Shown here: positions 1-10,674 of the stretch, piece by piece
Layout of the letters: the number at the start of each line of letters is the position of its first letter
Numbering within the stretch: position 1 is the first letter of the stretch
DNA from: Pedobacter sp.
GTDB lineage: Bacteria; Desulfobacterota; Desulfuromonadia; Desulfuromonadales; Syntrophotaleaceae
DNA length: 64,000 nt
Direction: 5' to 3'
Assembly: GCA_050253415.1 (NCBI GenBank)
Contig: JBFWJC010000002.1
Span: 224,001-288,000, forward strand
Program-made: the position numbers and the translations under genes
The notes under the pieces: model-generated
What the model was told of the DNA's origin: nothing
Database searches by the model: none
The model's input: the letters and a program-made list of their open reading frames with translations, nothing else

Positions 1-536
1 TCGATAACCATATCGTGCTGTTGGCCGATCCCGGCGAAGCCATGTTTGCCGCCGCCGATCTGACCATCCGCCACCCGTCCGCCTTTCTCTCCCCGGCTTA
101 CTACACCTCCATGGGGTTTGCGGTGCCCGGCGCCATCGGCGCCCAGCTTGCCCGCCCTGATCTGCGCCCCCTGGTACTGGTCGGCGACGGCGCTTTTCAG
201 ATGACCGGCATGGAAATCTCCACCGCCGCCCGTTTTGGCCTGTCGCCGATCGTGGTGGTGCTCAACAACGGCGGCTACGGCACCGAACGGCCCATGACCG
301 ATGGCGGGTTCAACGATATCCCCGCATGGCGCTACAGTCGATTGCCGGAGGTGATCGGAGCAGGCCAGGGTTTCGAGGTGTTTACCGAACAGGATTTCGA
401 CCACGCCCTCCAGTCCGCCATGGAGCGTACCGACACACCGACTATCCTTGATGTGCATCTTGACCCCAACGATCAGTCGCCGGCGTTGAAACGTCTTACC
501 GACGCTCTGGGCAAGAAGGTGAGGGGGGAAGCCTGA
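1..536 (+). CDS. TPP-dependent 2-oxoacid (indolepyruvate/phenylpyruvate-type) decarboxylase, C-terminal part (runs off the 5' edge)
   Basis: TPP-binding motif GDGAFQMTGME...LNNGGY, preceded by SMGFAVPGAIGA. Confidence 0.85.
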   Translation, partial: DNHIVLLADPGEAMFAAADLTIRHPSAFLSPAYYTSMGFAVPGAIGAQLARPDLRPLVLVGDGAFQMTGMEISTAARFGLSPIVVVLNNGGYGTERPMTDGGFNDIPAWRYSRLPEVIGAGQGFEVFTEQDFDHALQSAMERTDTPTILDVHLDPNDQSPALKRLTDALGKKVRGEA

Positions 537-573
537 ACAGGGAGCGGTTAGCTGGTAGTTTCCTGGGGAGTAT

Positions 574-1170
574 ATGCAATATCTGATCGAACACTACGGA
601 TACCTGGGGATACTGATCGGTACTTTTCTGGAGGGCGAAACCATCCTTATCCTGGGCGGGTTTGCGGCGCATCAGGGGTACCTGGGCTTGCCGGGAGTGG
701 TTTTTTGCGCCTTCGCCGGATCCCTTTGCAGCGATCAGCTGTTGTTTTTTTTGGGACGGAGGCACAGCCAGTGGCTGTTGCGCAGACGCCCGAACTGGGA
801 GCCTCGGATTGTCAGAGTGAAAAATCTTATCGTTCGCTATCGGATTGCTATTATTCTGACTTTCCGTTTTTGGTACGGACTGCGTATCGTCACGCCTTTT
901 TCCCTGGGCATGAGCAAGGTTCGATGGCCGGAATTTATTATCTTCGACATTTTCAGTTCAGTACTGTGGGCGACTGTGATCGGTTACGCCGGCTATCTTT
1001 TCGGTCATGCCCTTAAAATTGTTCTGGGAGATGTCATGCAATACGAAGCGTTGGTTATACTGGGGCTTGCCCTGGTCGGATTGTTCCTCTGGGGAGGACA
1101 CTTGTTGCGAAAAAGACGGCATCCTGGTTCCGTCTCCGAAAATCTGCAGGATCCCCGTGATGACGAGTAA
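574..1170 (+). CDS. DedA family membrane protein
   Basis: YGYLGILIGTFLEGET and FRFWYGLR motifs; several TM segments; GGGGAG RBS. Confidence 0.9.
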   Translation: MQYLIEHYGYLGILIGTFLEGETILILGGFAAHQGYLGLPGVVFCAFAGSLCSDQLLFFLGRRHSQWLLRRRPNWEPRIVRVKNLIVRYRIAIILTFRFWYGLRIVTPFSLGMSKVRWPEFIIFDIFSSVLWATVIGYAGYLFGHALKIVLGDVMQYEALVILGLALVGLFLWGGHLLRKRRHPGSVSENLQDPRDDE

Positions 1171-1351
1171 GAATTTAGTGGATCCACACATGATTTTGCT
1201 TCCACAAGAAAGATTGGATTACGTTCAAAAAGAAATTTTGATATGCTGGGCACACGTTTCCGCTCAACAGGTAAGCTGCAGGAATTATACATAAATCGCC
1301 TGCATGGGATCTATTCTGTATCAATACCCAACGGATAGGGAGAGGAAGATC

Positions 1352-2446
1352 ATGGCGCAAAAACAGGGACTCAGATTCATTGTTATTGCCGTTTTGTTGC
1401 TTCTCGGGGTCTGGTGGTCACTGGCCTTGGCGGACAAGGGGGCAGGGCAGTTCGGCTATCCGGGGGGCAGGTTTATGGCAACAGCCGCCTGGCTCAGCCA
1501 GCACCAAAACGATACCAACCTTATTATCGTGGATGTCCGCGAGGGCAAGGATTTTGACGGCAAACTGATCCCGGGTGCGATCCACATGCCCTGGTCTGAA
1601 TTTCGCTATACCGATACGGCCCGCGGGATCGGCGGCGCTTTTGTCGGTCCGGTTCGGGCCCAGGAGATTCTCGGTGCCCATGGTATTACCCGCGCCGACG
1701 AGGTGATACTGTACGATTCGGTCAAAAAAGATGGCGGCGCCACGGCCTCCTATGTGTTCTGGGTGCTCGATCTGCTCGGTCATCAGAAGATGCGCATTCT
1801 GGATCGTGGGATCGATGCCTGGGTGGTGGCCGGGAACCAGCTCGCCACCGAAGCGCGGCAGCTAGAGCCTCTGCTCTACCAGGCGCCGACCGCCGAGATC
1901 GATCTGCGTCGGCAGGTCGACGGGGGTTTTATCTATGACCGTCTCGGCGATGCCTACTACCAGATACTGGACGTGCGCTCCCAGGAGGAGTACCTGGGTG
2001 AAAAACCGAACCCCGCTCTGGACGGCTCGGAATTGAAGCTTGGACATATCCCTACCGCCGTCAACCGGGAATACCGAAGCAACTGGGTCGACCCGGAAAC
2101 CAAAGCGGTCAAATCCTATGCGGATCTGCAGGAGCATTACCGCGGACTCAACCCGAATACGGCGGTGATCACTTACTGCCACTCCGCCCGCAGAGGGTCT
2201 TACGGTTACTACATCCTGCGCCTGATGGGCCTGCAGGACGTGCGGCTCTACGACAACTCCTGGTACGAGTGGGGCAACCCGCAGCTGTACTTCCCCACCG
2301 AAACCCAGCCGCGCGAATTTGCCGGTCAGGCTCTGCCGGCAGGCGATATGACCAGCGTCACCGGCACCACTGTCGCGCCGGCCGGCGCAGCCAAGGCCGG
2401 GGACGCCAAGCAGCCCAAGGGCGGCTACATCTCCTGTGGAGGGTGA
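1352..2446 (+). CDS. Exported tandem-domain rhodanese/sulfurtransferase
   Basis: Signal peptide; two rhodanese domains (IVDVR..IPGA, ILDVRS..GHIPTA); active-site YCHSARRG; LYDNSWYEW. Confidence 0.9.
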   Translation: MAQKQGLRFIVIAVLLLLGVWWSLALADKGAGQFGYPGGRFMATAAWLSQHQNDTNLIIVDVREGKDFDGKLIPGAIHMPWSEFRYTDTARGIGGAFVGPVRAQEILGAHGITRADEVILYDSVKKDGGATASYVFWVLDLLGHQKMRILDRGIDAWVVAGNQLATEARQLEPLLYQAPTAEIDLRRQVDGGFIYDRLGDAYYQILDVRSQEEYLGEKPNPALDGSELKLGHIPTAVNREYRSNWVDPETKAVKSYADLQEHYRGLNPNTAVITYCHSARRGSYGYYILRLMGLQDVRLYDNSWYEWGNPQLYFPTETQPREFAGQALPAGDMTSVTGTTVAPAGAAKAGDAKQPKGGYISCGG

Positions 2447-2450
2447 CGGT

Positions 2451-2978
2451 ATGAAACAAGATAATAATTCCCCCTACTGGAGCGTGATGCCCGCCGCCAT
2501 GGCGCTGGCCGGCATCATCGTATTCATCTTCGCCACCTTCGGCCCACCGGCCTCATCCAGCGGTTTCATTACCTTGCTTAAAGGGGTATTGGCCCCTCTG
2601 GCGCCCGGTTACATCGCCACCAAGCAGCATTACCTGATGATGCCCGGACCCGGCTCATGGCTCATGGCCTTCGTCCTGGGGATGGCTATCGGCGGCTTCA
2701 TCGCCGGCCGGACCTTTGCGGTGCCGGTACGCGATGTGCCGGAGCTGTGGGAAAAACGTTTCGGCACGAGTCGCGTAAAACGTTTTCTGGCTGCGTTCAT
2801 TGGCGGGTTTCTGATTCTGTTCGGTGCGCGGCTGGCCGGTGGCTGTACGTTGGGTCTGTTCATCTCCGGCTCCACCCAACTGGCCATAAGCGGCCTCTAC
2901 TTCGGTGTCGTCATCTTTGCCGTGGCCATGCTTACCGCGCGCCTGGTGTATGGAAGAACAGGAAAGGAGAAGTCATGA
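2451..2978 (+). CDS. YeeE/YedE sulfur-compound transporter, half 1
   Basis: GGFLILFGARLAGGCT motif; multiple TM helices. Confidence 0.85.
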   Translation: MKQDNNSPYWSVMPAAMALAGIIVFIFATFGPPASSSGFITLLKGVLAPLAPGYIATKQHYLMMPGPGSWLMAFVLGMAIGGFIAGRTFAVPVRDVPELWEKRFGTSRVKRFLAAFIGGFLILFGARLAGGCTLGLFISGSTQLAISGLYFGVVIFAVAMLTARLVYGRTGKEKS

Positions 2979-3511
2979 CGCTAATTTTGCTTGGACTCTT
3001 TTCCGGGATCGCTTTCGGATTCGTCATTCAGCGGGTCGGGGCCACCAATGCCAACAAGATGGCCTTGGCGCATCTGATGCGCGAAGCGCAAATCCCCCAA
3101 TTCATGCTGCTGGCGGTGGCCTTTTCCGCCATCGGCCTGTTCGGTCTGCAGGCGGTCGGCGTGGGGCGCACCATGGTTTTGCCGACCAGTATCGTCGCCA
3201 CCGGCCTGGCCGCCGTCATTTTCGGTGTGGGTTGGGGTATTTCGGGCTATTGCCCGGGCACTTGCTGGGCAGCCGCCGGCGAGGGGCGCATGGACGCTGT
3301 GTTTGCGCTGCTGGGAGGCTTGGCGGGTGCGGCAACTTTTGCCCAGTTTCACGAAACCCTGATTCCGGCCCTGTATCTGCCCACCAGCCAGGGGCCCATC
3401 ACCCTGAGTGACTGGCTGGGCAGCAGCTGGCTGGCTGTGGTCGCGTTGGTTGCAGCCATGAGTGGCGCCACTTGGCTGGTCGGAAAGTTGTGGGGCCGTG
3501 ATAGCGCTTAG
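2975..3511 (+). CDS. YeeE/YedE sulfur-compound transporter, half 2
   Basis: GIAFGFVIQR and IFGVGWGISGYCPGT motifs; ATGA overlap with upstream gene. Confidence 0.85.
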   Translation: MTLILLGLFSGIAFGFVIQRVGATNANKMALAHLMREAQIPQFMLLAVAFSAIGLFGLQAVGVGRTMVLPTSIVATGLAAVIFGVGWGISGYCPGTCWAAAGEGRMDAVFALLGGLAGAATFAQFHETLIPALYLPTSQGPITLSDWLGSSWLAVVALVAAMSGATWLVGKLWGRDSA

Positions 3512-4124
3512 CCGCTGGGGGATTTTACTGCTGGCGGTCCTGTTGCTGCTCACCGCTTGCCGGGAGGGGGCACCGCCCGCAGCGGAGTTGGTCATACCCC
3601 GCGGTTACGTTGCGACTCTGGAGGTTGAGGTCGACGGCCAGCGTTACGGTTTCGGGCCGTTTGTAGGCTATTATTTTCGGCCCCTCGATCCGGCCGATCT
3701 GAGCCGCGTTGCGTTCATCTGTTTCAACGAGCGGCGTTTTTATACCCTCGATCTGCCGGAAAACAGCCGGCTGTTCGAAGGGGAAGGGGTGTTGGTGCGG
3801 CTGCCCGACAAGGGTTACCCGCTGCCTGCCGTCGGCGGGCGCATCCGGCCGGTCTTGTTCGACCAGGCTCCAGCAGCCTGGCTGGCAACCCGGCCTGCGC
3901 CGCAGGATGAATACGTCCATTTCCATTCCCTGTACAATGCCGCCGGCCCGGTTCTGCGCGGTTACTGGCTGCGCCATCGGGCGACTGCCTCGTTCCTCTA
4001 CGATATGGGGGGACGGGTCGGACCGGAAGGGCCGCTCTACCACCAGGTCGTGCCGGGAGTTGACCGCAGCTTCGCGCACCTCATCGAGTTTGACTGGGGA
4101 CCGATGTATGCAAGCATGCAGTGA
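3498..4124 (+). CDS. Hypothetical lipoprotein
   Basis: Hydrophobic leader ending in lipobox LTAC; overlaps the upstream stop, so likely co-transcribed. Confidence 0.65.
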   Translation: MIALSRWGILLLAVLLLLTACREGAPPAAELVIPRGYVATLEVEVDGQRYGFGPFVGYYFRPLDPADLSRVAFICFNERRFYTLDLPENSRLFEGEGVLVRLPDKGYPLPAVGGRIRPVLFDQAPAAWLATRPAPQDEYVHFHSLYNAAGPVLRGYWLRHRATASFLYDMGGRVGPEGPLYHQVVPGVDRSFAHLIEFDWGPMYASMQ

Positions 4125-4201
4125 GAGGCTCCCGGATGAGGTACCAGGGTTGGAAGAACAGCATCCGCGAGAGTCCCTCAGCAGTGCAGCAAACGACAAA
4201 A

Positions 4202-4771
4202 TTATCCCTGTAATCCGGAGGGAATCGGGCAGACGCTGGAATAATGATCTTTTTTGTCTCCGAGCAGACCCTGCCAACCCTGAATGATGGCCGAACAGGG
4301 CGGAGGGGTCTCGCCCTTGTGCCCCCCAAGGGATGCGACCATGGCCGGAGGAACCAGTTCGCGTCGACAGACAAAAGCGGCCCGCGCCAGGGATACGGCA
4401 TGCAATGTGCCGGCTGTCTCGAAGCGTTGTTCGAGGTAAAAATATTTATCGTCCCAGGTTACAATGCGGGTAGTGATGTCGAATTTGCGCAACGGCGGCA
4501 ACGGACGGATGAAGGTGATCTCGGTGGCGTTGAGTACCGGTAGCCAGCGCCGTCGCAACAGCGGTCCCAGCAGTTTCATGCGTGCCAGGTGTTCGATGCG
4601 GGCCACATCGAGCAGGCTGAAATAGCGACCGTTGGTCAGGTGTAAGTTGAAGTCGCAGTCGCTTGGCAACACCCGGAAGGATCTGCGGAAAACGTCCGTC
4701 AGTTCCGTTCCCGATCTCTGGCGTCTCAGCAGTCTCAACAGCATCCACAGCATGCGAAAATAGAGATTCAT
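4202..4771 (-). CDS. Hot-dog fold acyl-CoA thioesterase
   Basis: FRVLPSDCDFNLHLTNGRYFSLLDVAR motif. Confidence 0.85.
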   Translation of the reverse strand: MNLYFRMLWMLLRLLRRQRSGTELTDVFRRSFRVLPSDCDFNLHLTNGRYFSLLDVARIEHLARMKLLGPLLRRRWLPVLNATEITFIRPLPPLRKFDITTRIVTWDDKYFYLEQRFETAGTLHAVSLARAAFVCRRELVPPAMVASLGGHKGETPPPCSAIIQGWQGLLGDKKDHYSSVCPIPSGLQG

Positions 4772-5066
4772 CGTTGGATCCCCTATAAATAATTAGTATC
4801 CATAAGCTACTCCGCCGTTGCCTGCGGAGGCAAGCGCAATATTACGTATTTATACCTGTTTTCTGTTTCCCGGATAACTCCTTTCTCGATCCTGCCCGGT
4901 CTGCCTTACCTGTTTGACAACCATGTAAATAGCGTAACAATTAAATAAAAGAACATAATGAATGGGATGATCGACCAGCTTCGGTTTCATTGCGCACTGG
5001 ATTCCGGGCAGAGTGGAAACCGAACCATGTCCGGACGTTTTCATCCCGTGGTCAGGAGGAATTTCA

Positions 5067-6896
5067 ATGAAACATGCCCCTCACGACGAAAAACACGCAC
5101 TTGAGGCGGCCGAATCGGCTCGCGAAACAATTTGGCGGCAGCCGAGTTTCATCGGTGAACTGTTCCTCGGTCGGTTGCGTAGCGAACTGGTGCTGCCCTT
5201 TCCCGTTCAGGATGACGCCGACCGCCAGGCCGGTGATGAAGTCCTGGTTCGCCTGAAAGCGTTTCTGATCGAAAAGGTCGATGCCGACCGCATCGATCGG
5301 GAAAAGCAGATCCCTGCTGAAGTTATCGACGGCCTTCGAGAATTAGGATTGTTCGGCATCAAGATACCGAAGGAATACGGAGGGCTGGGACTCTCTCAGA
5401 TCAACTACAACCGCATCATTCAGATGGTGGCCAGTCATTGCGCCTCTACCGCGGTACTGATATCGGCACATCAGAGTATCGGCGTTCCCCAACCGCTGAA
5501 GCAGTTTGGCAGTGACGAGCAGAAACGCCAATACCTGCCGCGTCTGGCGGCGGGCGCGGTCAGTGCTTTCGCTCTGACCGAACCGGAGGTTGGTTCGGAT
5601 CCCTCACGAATGGCAACCCTCGCAATCCCGGTTGAAAATGGCGACGCCTATCTTATCAGCGGACAGAAACTGTGGACCACCAACGGCCCCATTGCCGACT
5701 TGCTTATCGTTATGGCTCGCACCAACGATCCGGCGGAGGATCGGCCGGAAATCACCGCTTTCATCGTCGAGGGTGATAGTCCGGGTTTGACGACACGGCA
5801 CCGGTGCGATTTCATGGGTCTGAAGGGTATTCAGAACGGCCTGCTCAACTTCGACCGGGTTCGTGTACCGAAGGAAAATATTCTGCAGGGTATCGGTCGG
5901 GGCCTGGCCCTGGCCCTGCGCACCCTCAACACCGGGCGTTTGACTCTGCCGGCGGCCTGTGGCGGGGCGATGAAACAGGTCCTGGCTATGTCCCGCAACT
6001 GGGCCAATGAACGTGTCCAGTGGGGGGTGCCGGTAGGGCGCCACGAAGCGGTGGCCGCCAAATTGGCAGCCATGGCCACCGATTTGTATGCGGTGGAAAG
6101 CTTGACCTGGCTGACCTCGTCCCTGGCAGACAAGGCCGCGACGGATATTCGCCTGGAAGCGGCCATGGCCAAGATGTTTTGCAGCGAAGCTCTGTGGCGC
6201 ACGGTCGACGCCGGAATGCAGATCCGTGGCGGACGTGGGTACGAAACCGCCGATTCGTTGCGTGCCCGGGGCGAAAAACCGATGCCGATGGAGCGCCTGC
6301 TGCGTGACGCGCGGATCAACATGATCATCGAAGGCACCAGTGAAATCATGCGCTTGTTCATCGCCCGGGAAGCCCTTGATCCGCATATGAAGGTCGCCGG
6401 GGTTTCGCCGACTTCGCAGCGCATCGACATGCTCGGTGCGGCGAAATTTTATGCCGGCTGGTATCCACGGCTGTGGGTGCCTTCATTCGGCACCCCGGGG
6501 GATGCGGCGGTTGCCGCCCCGCTGCGCCGGCATCTGCGCTTTGTGCAGCGCGCTGCCAGGCGTTTGGCCCGCGACCTGTTCCACATGCTGGTTTTGCACC
6601 GTCAGGGGCTGCAAAGAAAACAAATGGTACTGGGACGGCTGGTCGATAGCGGCGCCGAGCTGTTTGCCATGACCGCGGTGATCTCCCGGGCCTCGGCACC
6701 GGACGCAACACAAGGCGTGGAACTGGCCGGGCTTTTCTGCCGCATGGCACGGCGCCGGCTGCGCCAGCTGCATCGAGGTCTCTACAGCAACGACGACAGC
6801 CGACTGCGTCCACTGACAAAAAAAATTCTGGCAGGGGAGCTGGACTGGCTGGAGGATAACATCGTGAGTGGTTGGAAAGGGGAGGGATCATGCTGA
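5067..6896 (+). CDS. Acyl-CoA dehydrogenase (long, VLCAD-like)
   Basis: AFALTEPEVGSD, KLWTTNG, QIRGGRGY, IIEGTSEI; AGGAGG RBS. Confidence 0.95.
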   Translation: MKHAPHDEKHALEAAESARETIWRQPSFIGELFLGRLRSELVLPFPVQDDADRQAGDEVLVRLKAFLIEKVDADRIDREKQIPAEVIDGLRELGLFGIKIPKEYGGLGLSQINYNRIIQMVASHCASTAVLISAHQSIGVPQPLKQFGSDEQKRQYLPRLAAGAVSAFALTEPEVGSDPSRMATLAIPVENGDAYLISGQKLWTTNGPIADLLIVMARTNDPAEDRPEITAFIVEGDSPGLTTRHRCDFMGLKGIQNGLLNFDRVRVPKENILQGIGRGLALALRTLNTGRLTLPAACGGAMKQVLAMSRNWANERVQWGVPVGRHEAVAAKLAAMATDLYAVESLTWLTSSLADKAATDIRLEAAMAKMFCSEALWRTVDAGMQIRGGRGYETADSLRARGEKPMPMERLLRDARINMIIEGTSEIMRLFIAREALDPHMKVAGVSPTSQRIDMLGAAKFYAGWYPRLWVPSFGTPGDAAVAAPLRRHLRFVQRAARRLARDLFHMLVLHRQGLQRKQMVLGRLVDSGAELFAMTAVISRASAPDATQGVELAGLFCRMARRRLRQLHRGLYSNDDSRLRPLTKKILAGELDWLEDNIVSGWKGEGSC

Positions 6897-9265
6897 ATAT
6901 CCGTCGAACCGCGGTGATCGGAGCCGGAATCATGGGCTCCGCCATCGCCGCTCATTTGGCAAATGCCGGTCTTGAGGTGCTGCTGCTGGACCGGGTACCG
7001 GAAACCCTGACCGATGAAGAACAGCACCAGGGCCTTACTCTGGAAAGTCCCGCGGTGCGCAACCGGTTGGCTCGACAAGGCCTGGAGCGGGCCATGGACG
7101 CCAAACCTGCGGCATTTTTCACACCCCAGACGGCACGCCGGGTGATTACTGGCAACGTGACCGATGATCTGCCCCGGCTGGCCGATTGCGATTGGGTGAT
7201 CGAAGCCATCGTCGAACATCCCAAGGCCAAACAAGAGCTCTTCTCCCTGGTGGCGCCTCATCTGGCAGCCGGGGCTATCCTGTCAACCAATACCAGCGGT
7301 TTGTCGGTCAGTTCTTTGGCCGAACATCTGCCCAAGCCGCTCAGACCGCGTTTTCTGGGGAGTCATTTTTTTAACCCGCCGCGCTATATGGTTCTGCTGG
7401 AACTGATTCCCACCCCCTTTACCGATTCGCAGCTGGTCGCCGAACTCGGAGCGTTCGGCCGGCGGCGGCTTGGCAAGGGCATCGTGGTCGGCAAGGATAC
7501 CCCCAATTTTGTCGCCAACCGCCTCGGTGTGTTTGTCATGTTCAATGCCATGCGCCATGCGCAGGAACTCGGTCTGTCCTTTGCCGAGGTCGATGCTATC
7601 GCCGGACCGGCCATGGGGCGGCCCAAGACCGCAGTATTCCGCACCGCCGACCTGGTGGGGCTCGATACCTTGGCGCAGGTGGCGCGCCACTCCTATCAGT
7701 TGCTTAGCGGAGACGAAGAGCGCGAGGCCTACCGGATTCCCGATTTTCTGGCGCAGATGGTTGAAAACGGACGACTCGGCGACAAGACCGGCGGTGGATT
7801 TTATCGCCGGGACAAACAGGGCAAGCGCATGGTTTATAATCCGGACGCCGGCGACTATCTGCCTCTTGAGAAGCCGGTTTTCGCCAGCCTGGCCAAGGTG
7901 AAGGGGATCGCCGACCCCGGCCGGCGCCTGGCGGCGTTGATCGCTGAAGATGATCCGGCCGCACGTTTCGCCTGGTGCCACTTGCGTGACATCCTGCTTT
8001 ATGCGTTGCGGCGGGTGCCGGAAGTTACCGACCACATCGAGGATATGGATCGGGCCATGTGTTGGGGTTACAACTGGGAAATCGGTCCCTTCGCCATACT
8101 CGATGCCATCGGTGTGGAAACCTTCATCCGGCGGCTCGAACGAGATGGGGTCGCGGTGCCGGAAGCCCTGCTGCAGGTGCCGGCTTTCTACAAACTCGAG
8201 GCCGATCGAAAATCTGTCTGGGATACGGTTGCAAATAACTACCGGGCGGTTTCCCCGGAAAAGGGAGTGCTTTCTCTCGATCTGATCCGGGCCAGCGGCG
8301 GGGTCATGGAACAGGTTGCCGATGGTTCGCTACTCGATCTCGGCGATGGAGTGTTGTGCCTGGAATTTCATGGCAAGAAAAACACCATCGGTCCCGAGTT
8401 GCTGGACCTGACTCGTCGTGCGGTACAACGTGCCGAGGACGAGGGGGTGGCGCTGGTGATCGGCAACCAGGGTGAGCTGTTCTCCGCCGGAGCCAACCTG
8501 GCCTTATTGACTGAGGCCATGCAGCAGCAGCGTTACGACGCTATCGACGAGATGCTACAGAATTTCCAGAGTGCCACCATGGCCCTTAAATATGCCCGGA
8601 TCCCAGTGGTGGCTGCGCCGTTCCAACTTACTCTGGGCGGCGGTTGCGAATATGTGCTGCACGCCAGCGCGGTCACCGCGCATGCCGAAACCTATATGGG
8701 GCTGGTAGAGGTCGGAGTCGGACTACTGCCGGCCGGAGGCGGCACCAAGGAGCTGGCCTTGCGCGCCCTGGCCCTGGCCGAACGGTATCAGACCGATCCT
8801 TCGCCGTATCTGTTCAAGGCTTTTGAACAGATCGGTATGGCCAGCGTCTCCAAATCGGCAGATGAACTGTTCGCCCTTGGTTATCTGCGTCCCGGCGACG
8901 CAGTGAGCATGAACCGCGACTGCCTGCTCGGTGACGCCAAGCGTCAGGCATTGGGGCTGGCTGCTACTTTCCGACCGCTGATGGCCGGCGGCAATTGGCC
9001 GGCCCCGGGCCGCAGTATAGCGGCGACCATGAAAAGCCGCCTTTGGAATCTGCGCATGGGGAAATTCATCAGTGAATACGACGAGCTCATTGGCGGACTC
9101 ATCGCCGATGTGCTGTGCGGCGGAGACCTGGCGGCAGGTACCCCGATCACCGAGGATTACCTGCTGGAACTGGAACGGGAAAATTTTCTGCGGTTGTGCG
9201 GGGAAGCTCGTACCCATGAACGCATCAAGCACATGCTTGTCACTGGCAAGCCGTTGCGTAATTGA
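6890..9265 (+). CDS. 3-hydroxyacyl-CoA dehydrogenase/enoyl-CoA hydratase (FadN-type)
   Basis: GAGIMG Rossmann motif, NTSGL, HFFNPP, KDTPNFVANR; C-terminal crotonase LGGGCE; ends GKPLRN. Confidence 0.95.
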   Translation: MLNIRRTAVIGAGIMGSAIAAHLANAGLEVLLLDRVPETLTDEEQHQGLTLESPAVRNRLARQGLERAMDAKPAAFFTPQTARRVITGNVTDDLPRLADCDWVIEAIVEHPKAKQELFSLVAPHLAAGAILSTNTSGLSVSSLAEHLPKPLRPRFLGSHFFNPPRYMVLLELIPTPFTDSQLVAELGAFGRRRLGKGIVVGKDTPNFVANRLGVFVMFNAMRHAQELGLSFAEVDAIAGPAMGRPKTAVFRTADLVGLDTLAQVARHSYQLLSGDEEREAYRIPDFLAQMVENGRLGDKTGGGFYRRDKQGKRMVYNPDAGDYLPLEKPVFASLAKVKGIADPGRRLAALIAEDDPAARFAWCHLRDILLYALRRVPEVTDHIEDMDRAMCWGYNWEIGPFAILDAIGVETFIRRLERDGVAVPEALLQVPAFYKLEADRKSVWDTVANNYRAVSPEKGVLSLDLIRASGGVMEQVADGSLLDLGDGVLCLEFHGKKNTIGPELLDLTRRAVQRAEDEGVALVIGNQGELFSAGANLALLTEAMQQQRYDAIDEMLQNFQSATMALKYARIPVVAAPFQLTLGGGCEYVLHASAVTAHAETYMGLVEVGVGLLPAGGGTKELALRALALAERYQTDPSPYLFKAFEQIGMASVSKSADELFALGYLRPGDAVSMNRDCLLGDAKRQALGLAATFRPLMAGGNWPAPGRSIAATMKSRLWNLRMGKFISEYDELIGGLIADVLCGGDLAAGTPITEDYLLELERENFLRLCGEARTHERIKHMLVTGKPLRN

Positions 9266-9292
9266 GGTTCAGGTAAAGAGAAAAGGCTTATG

Positions 9293-9392
9293 TCACCACG
9301 AAGAGTGACTAAGTCCAGGGAAAAAATTTCAAGGTAAAAGGGGGCTGTCCAAATAGCTTTTCTTCATGTTCTTCTTGTCCTTCGTGGTGTGA
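9293..9392. repeat. Intergenic hairpin element (CACCACGAAG...CTTCGTGGTG family)
   Basis: Arms at 9294-9303 and 9380-9389 are perfect reverse complements; same arm at 26025. Confidence 0.65.
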
Positions 9393-9425
9393 AGATAAGC
9401 GAATACATAAAAATTGGAGGGCATC

Positions 9426-10598
9426 ATGAAAGCTGCCTATATACTCAGCGCGCTGCGTACCCCGGGGGGCAAGGCTCCGCGCGGCCAGTTTCACCAGATG
9501 CGCCCGGACGATTTGGCTGCGACGGTCATTCGGGGCGTACTTGCAAACACCGGTATTGATCCGGCGAGAATCGAGGACGTGATCCTCGGTTGTGCTTTTC
9601 CCGAGGGTGAACAGGGGATGAACGTGGCGCGCATCGCAGCCTTGCGGGCTGGATTGCCGGTGGCGGTGCCGGCCATGACTATCAACCGTTTCTGTTCCTC
9701 AGGGTTGCAGGCCATCGCCCTGGCGGCCGAACGGGTCATGGCTGGCAATGCCGACTGCATTATCGCCGGCGGTACCGAATCGATGTCCATGGTCCCGATG
9801 GGTGGCAACAAGTACAGTGCCAACCCGCACCTGGTGGATGACTGGCCGGAGGCCTATGCGGCCATGGGCATCACAGCGGAGCTGGTGGTTGAGCGGCAGC
9901 ATATCTCCCGCGAAGACCAGGACGCCTTCGCTTGTGCCAGCCATCACAAGGCGGCGCGGGCCCAAGCCGAGGGTCGCTTCAAGGATGAGATCATACCGGT
10001 GGAAGTCAAAACCTCCCGCCTGGTGGACGGTCACCCCGAATTCCAGGTTATGACCACCAGCGAGGACGAGGGCATCCGCCCCGAAACCAGCCTTCAGGCC
10101 CTGGCCCGGCTCAAGCCGGTATTTAAACGTGACGGGACGGTCACAGCGGGCAATACATCCCAGATGACCGATGGTGCCGCAGCGACACTGGTGGTTTCCG
10201 AAGAATTTCTGAAAAGCACCGGATTGCAGCCCCAGGCCCGCTTTGCCGGTTTTGCCGTGCGTGGGGTGGCCCCGGAACTCATGGGCCTCGGCCCGGTGGA
10301 AGCGGTTCCCGTGGTCCTTAAACGGGCTGGCCTGAGTCTTGGGGACATGGGGCTTGTCGAACTCAACGAAGCCTTTGCCGGTCAGGCCCTGGCGGTGATT
10401 CGGGCGCTGGAATTTGATGAACAGCGGGTCAACGTCAACGGCGGCGCTATTGCTCTGGGGCATCCCTTGGGTTGCACCGGGGCCAAGCTGACCGCCACCC
10501 TGCTGGCGGAAATGGCTCGTAGCCAGACCCGCTACGGTCTCGTGACCATGTGTATCGGCGGTGGCATGGGCGCCGCCGGTGTTTTTGAAAGAATTTAG
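9426..10598 (+). CDS. fadA: Acetyl-CoA C-acyltransferase (thiolase)
   Basis: [25 protein letters not shown]. Confidence 0.95.
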   Translation: MKAAYILSALRTPGGKAPRGQFHQMRPDDLAATVIRGVLANTGIDPARIEDVILGCAFPEGEQGMNVARIAALRAGLPVAVPAMTINRFCSSGLQAIALAAERVMAGNADCIIAGGTESMSMVPMGGNKYSANPHLVDDWPEAYAAMGITAELVVERQHISREDQDAFACASHHKAARAQAEGRFKDEIIPVEVKTSRLVDGHPEFQVMTTSEDEGIRPETSLQALARLKPVFKRDGTVTAGNTSQMTDGAAATLVVSEEFLKSTGLQPQARFAGFAVRGVAPELMGLGPVEAVPVVLKRAGLSLGDMGLVELNEAFAGQALAVIRALEFDEQRVNVNGGAIALGHPLGCTGAKLTATLLAEMARSQTRYGLVTMCIGGGMGAAGVFERI

Positions 10599-10674
10599 GA
10601 GCCTGTCCGACAGCCTCCTGGAGCCTCGCAGTTCTGGCGGGGCGGCCCGTAACAGAAATGGAGGTTTCCGCGCC

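Noticed and set aside
1246..1264. Sigma54 promoter before the rhodanese operon
   Set aside because: GG-to-GC spacing is 11, not 10.
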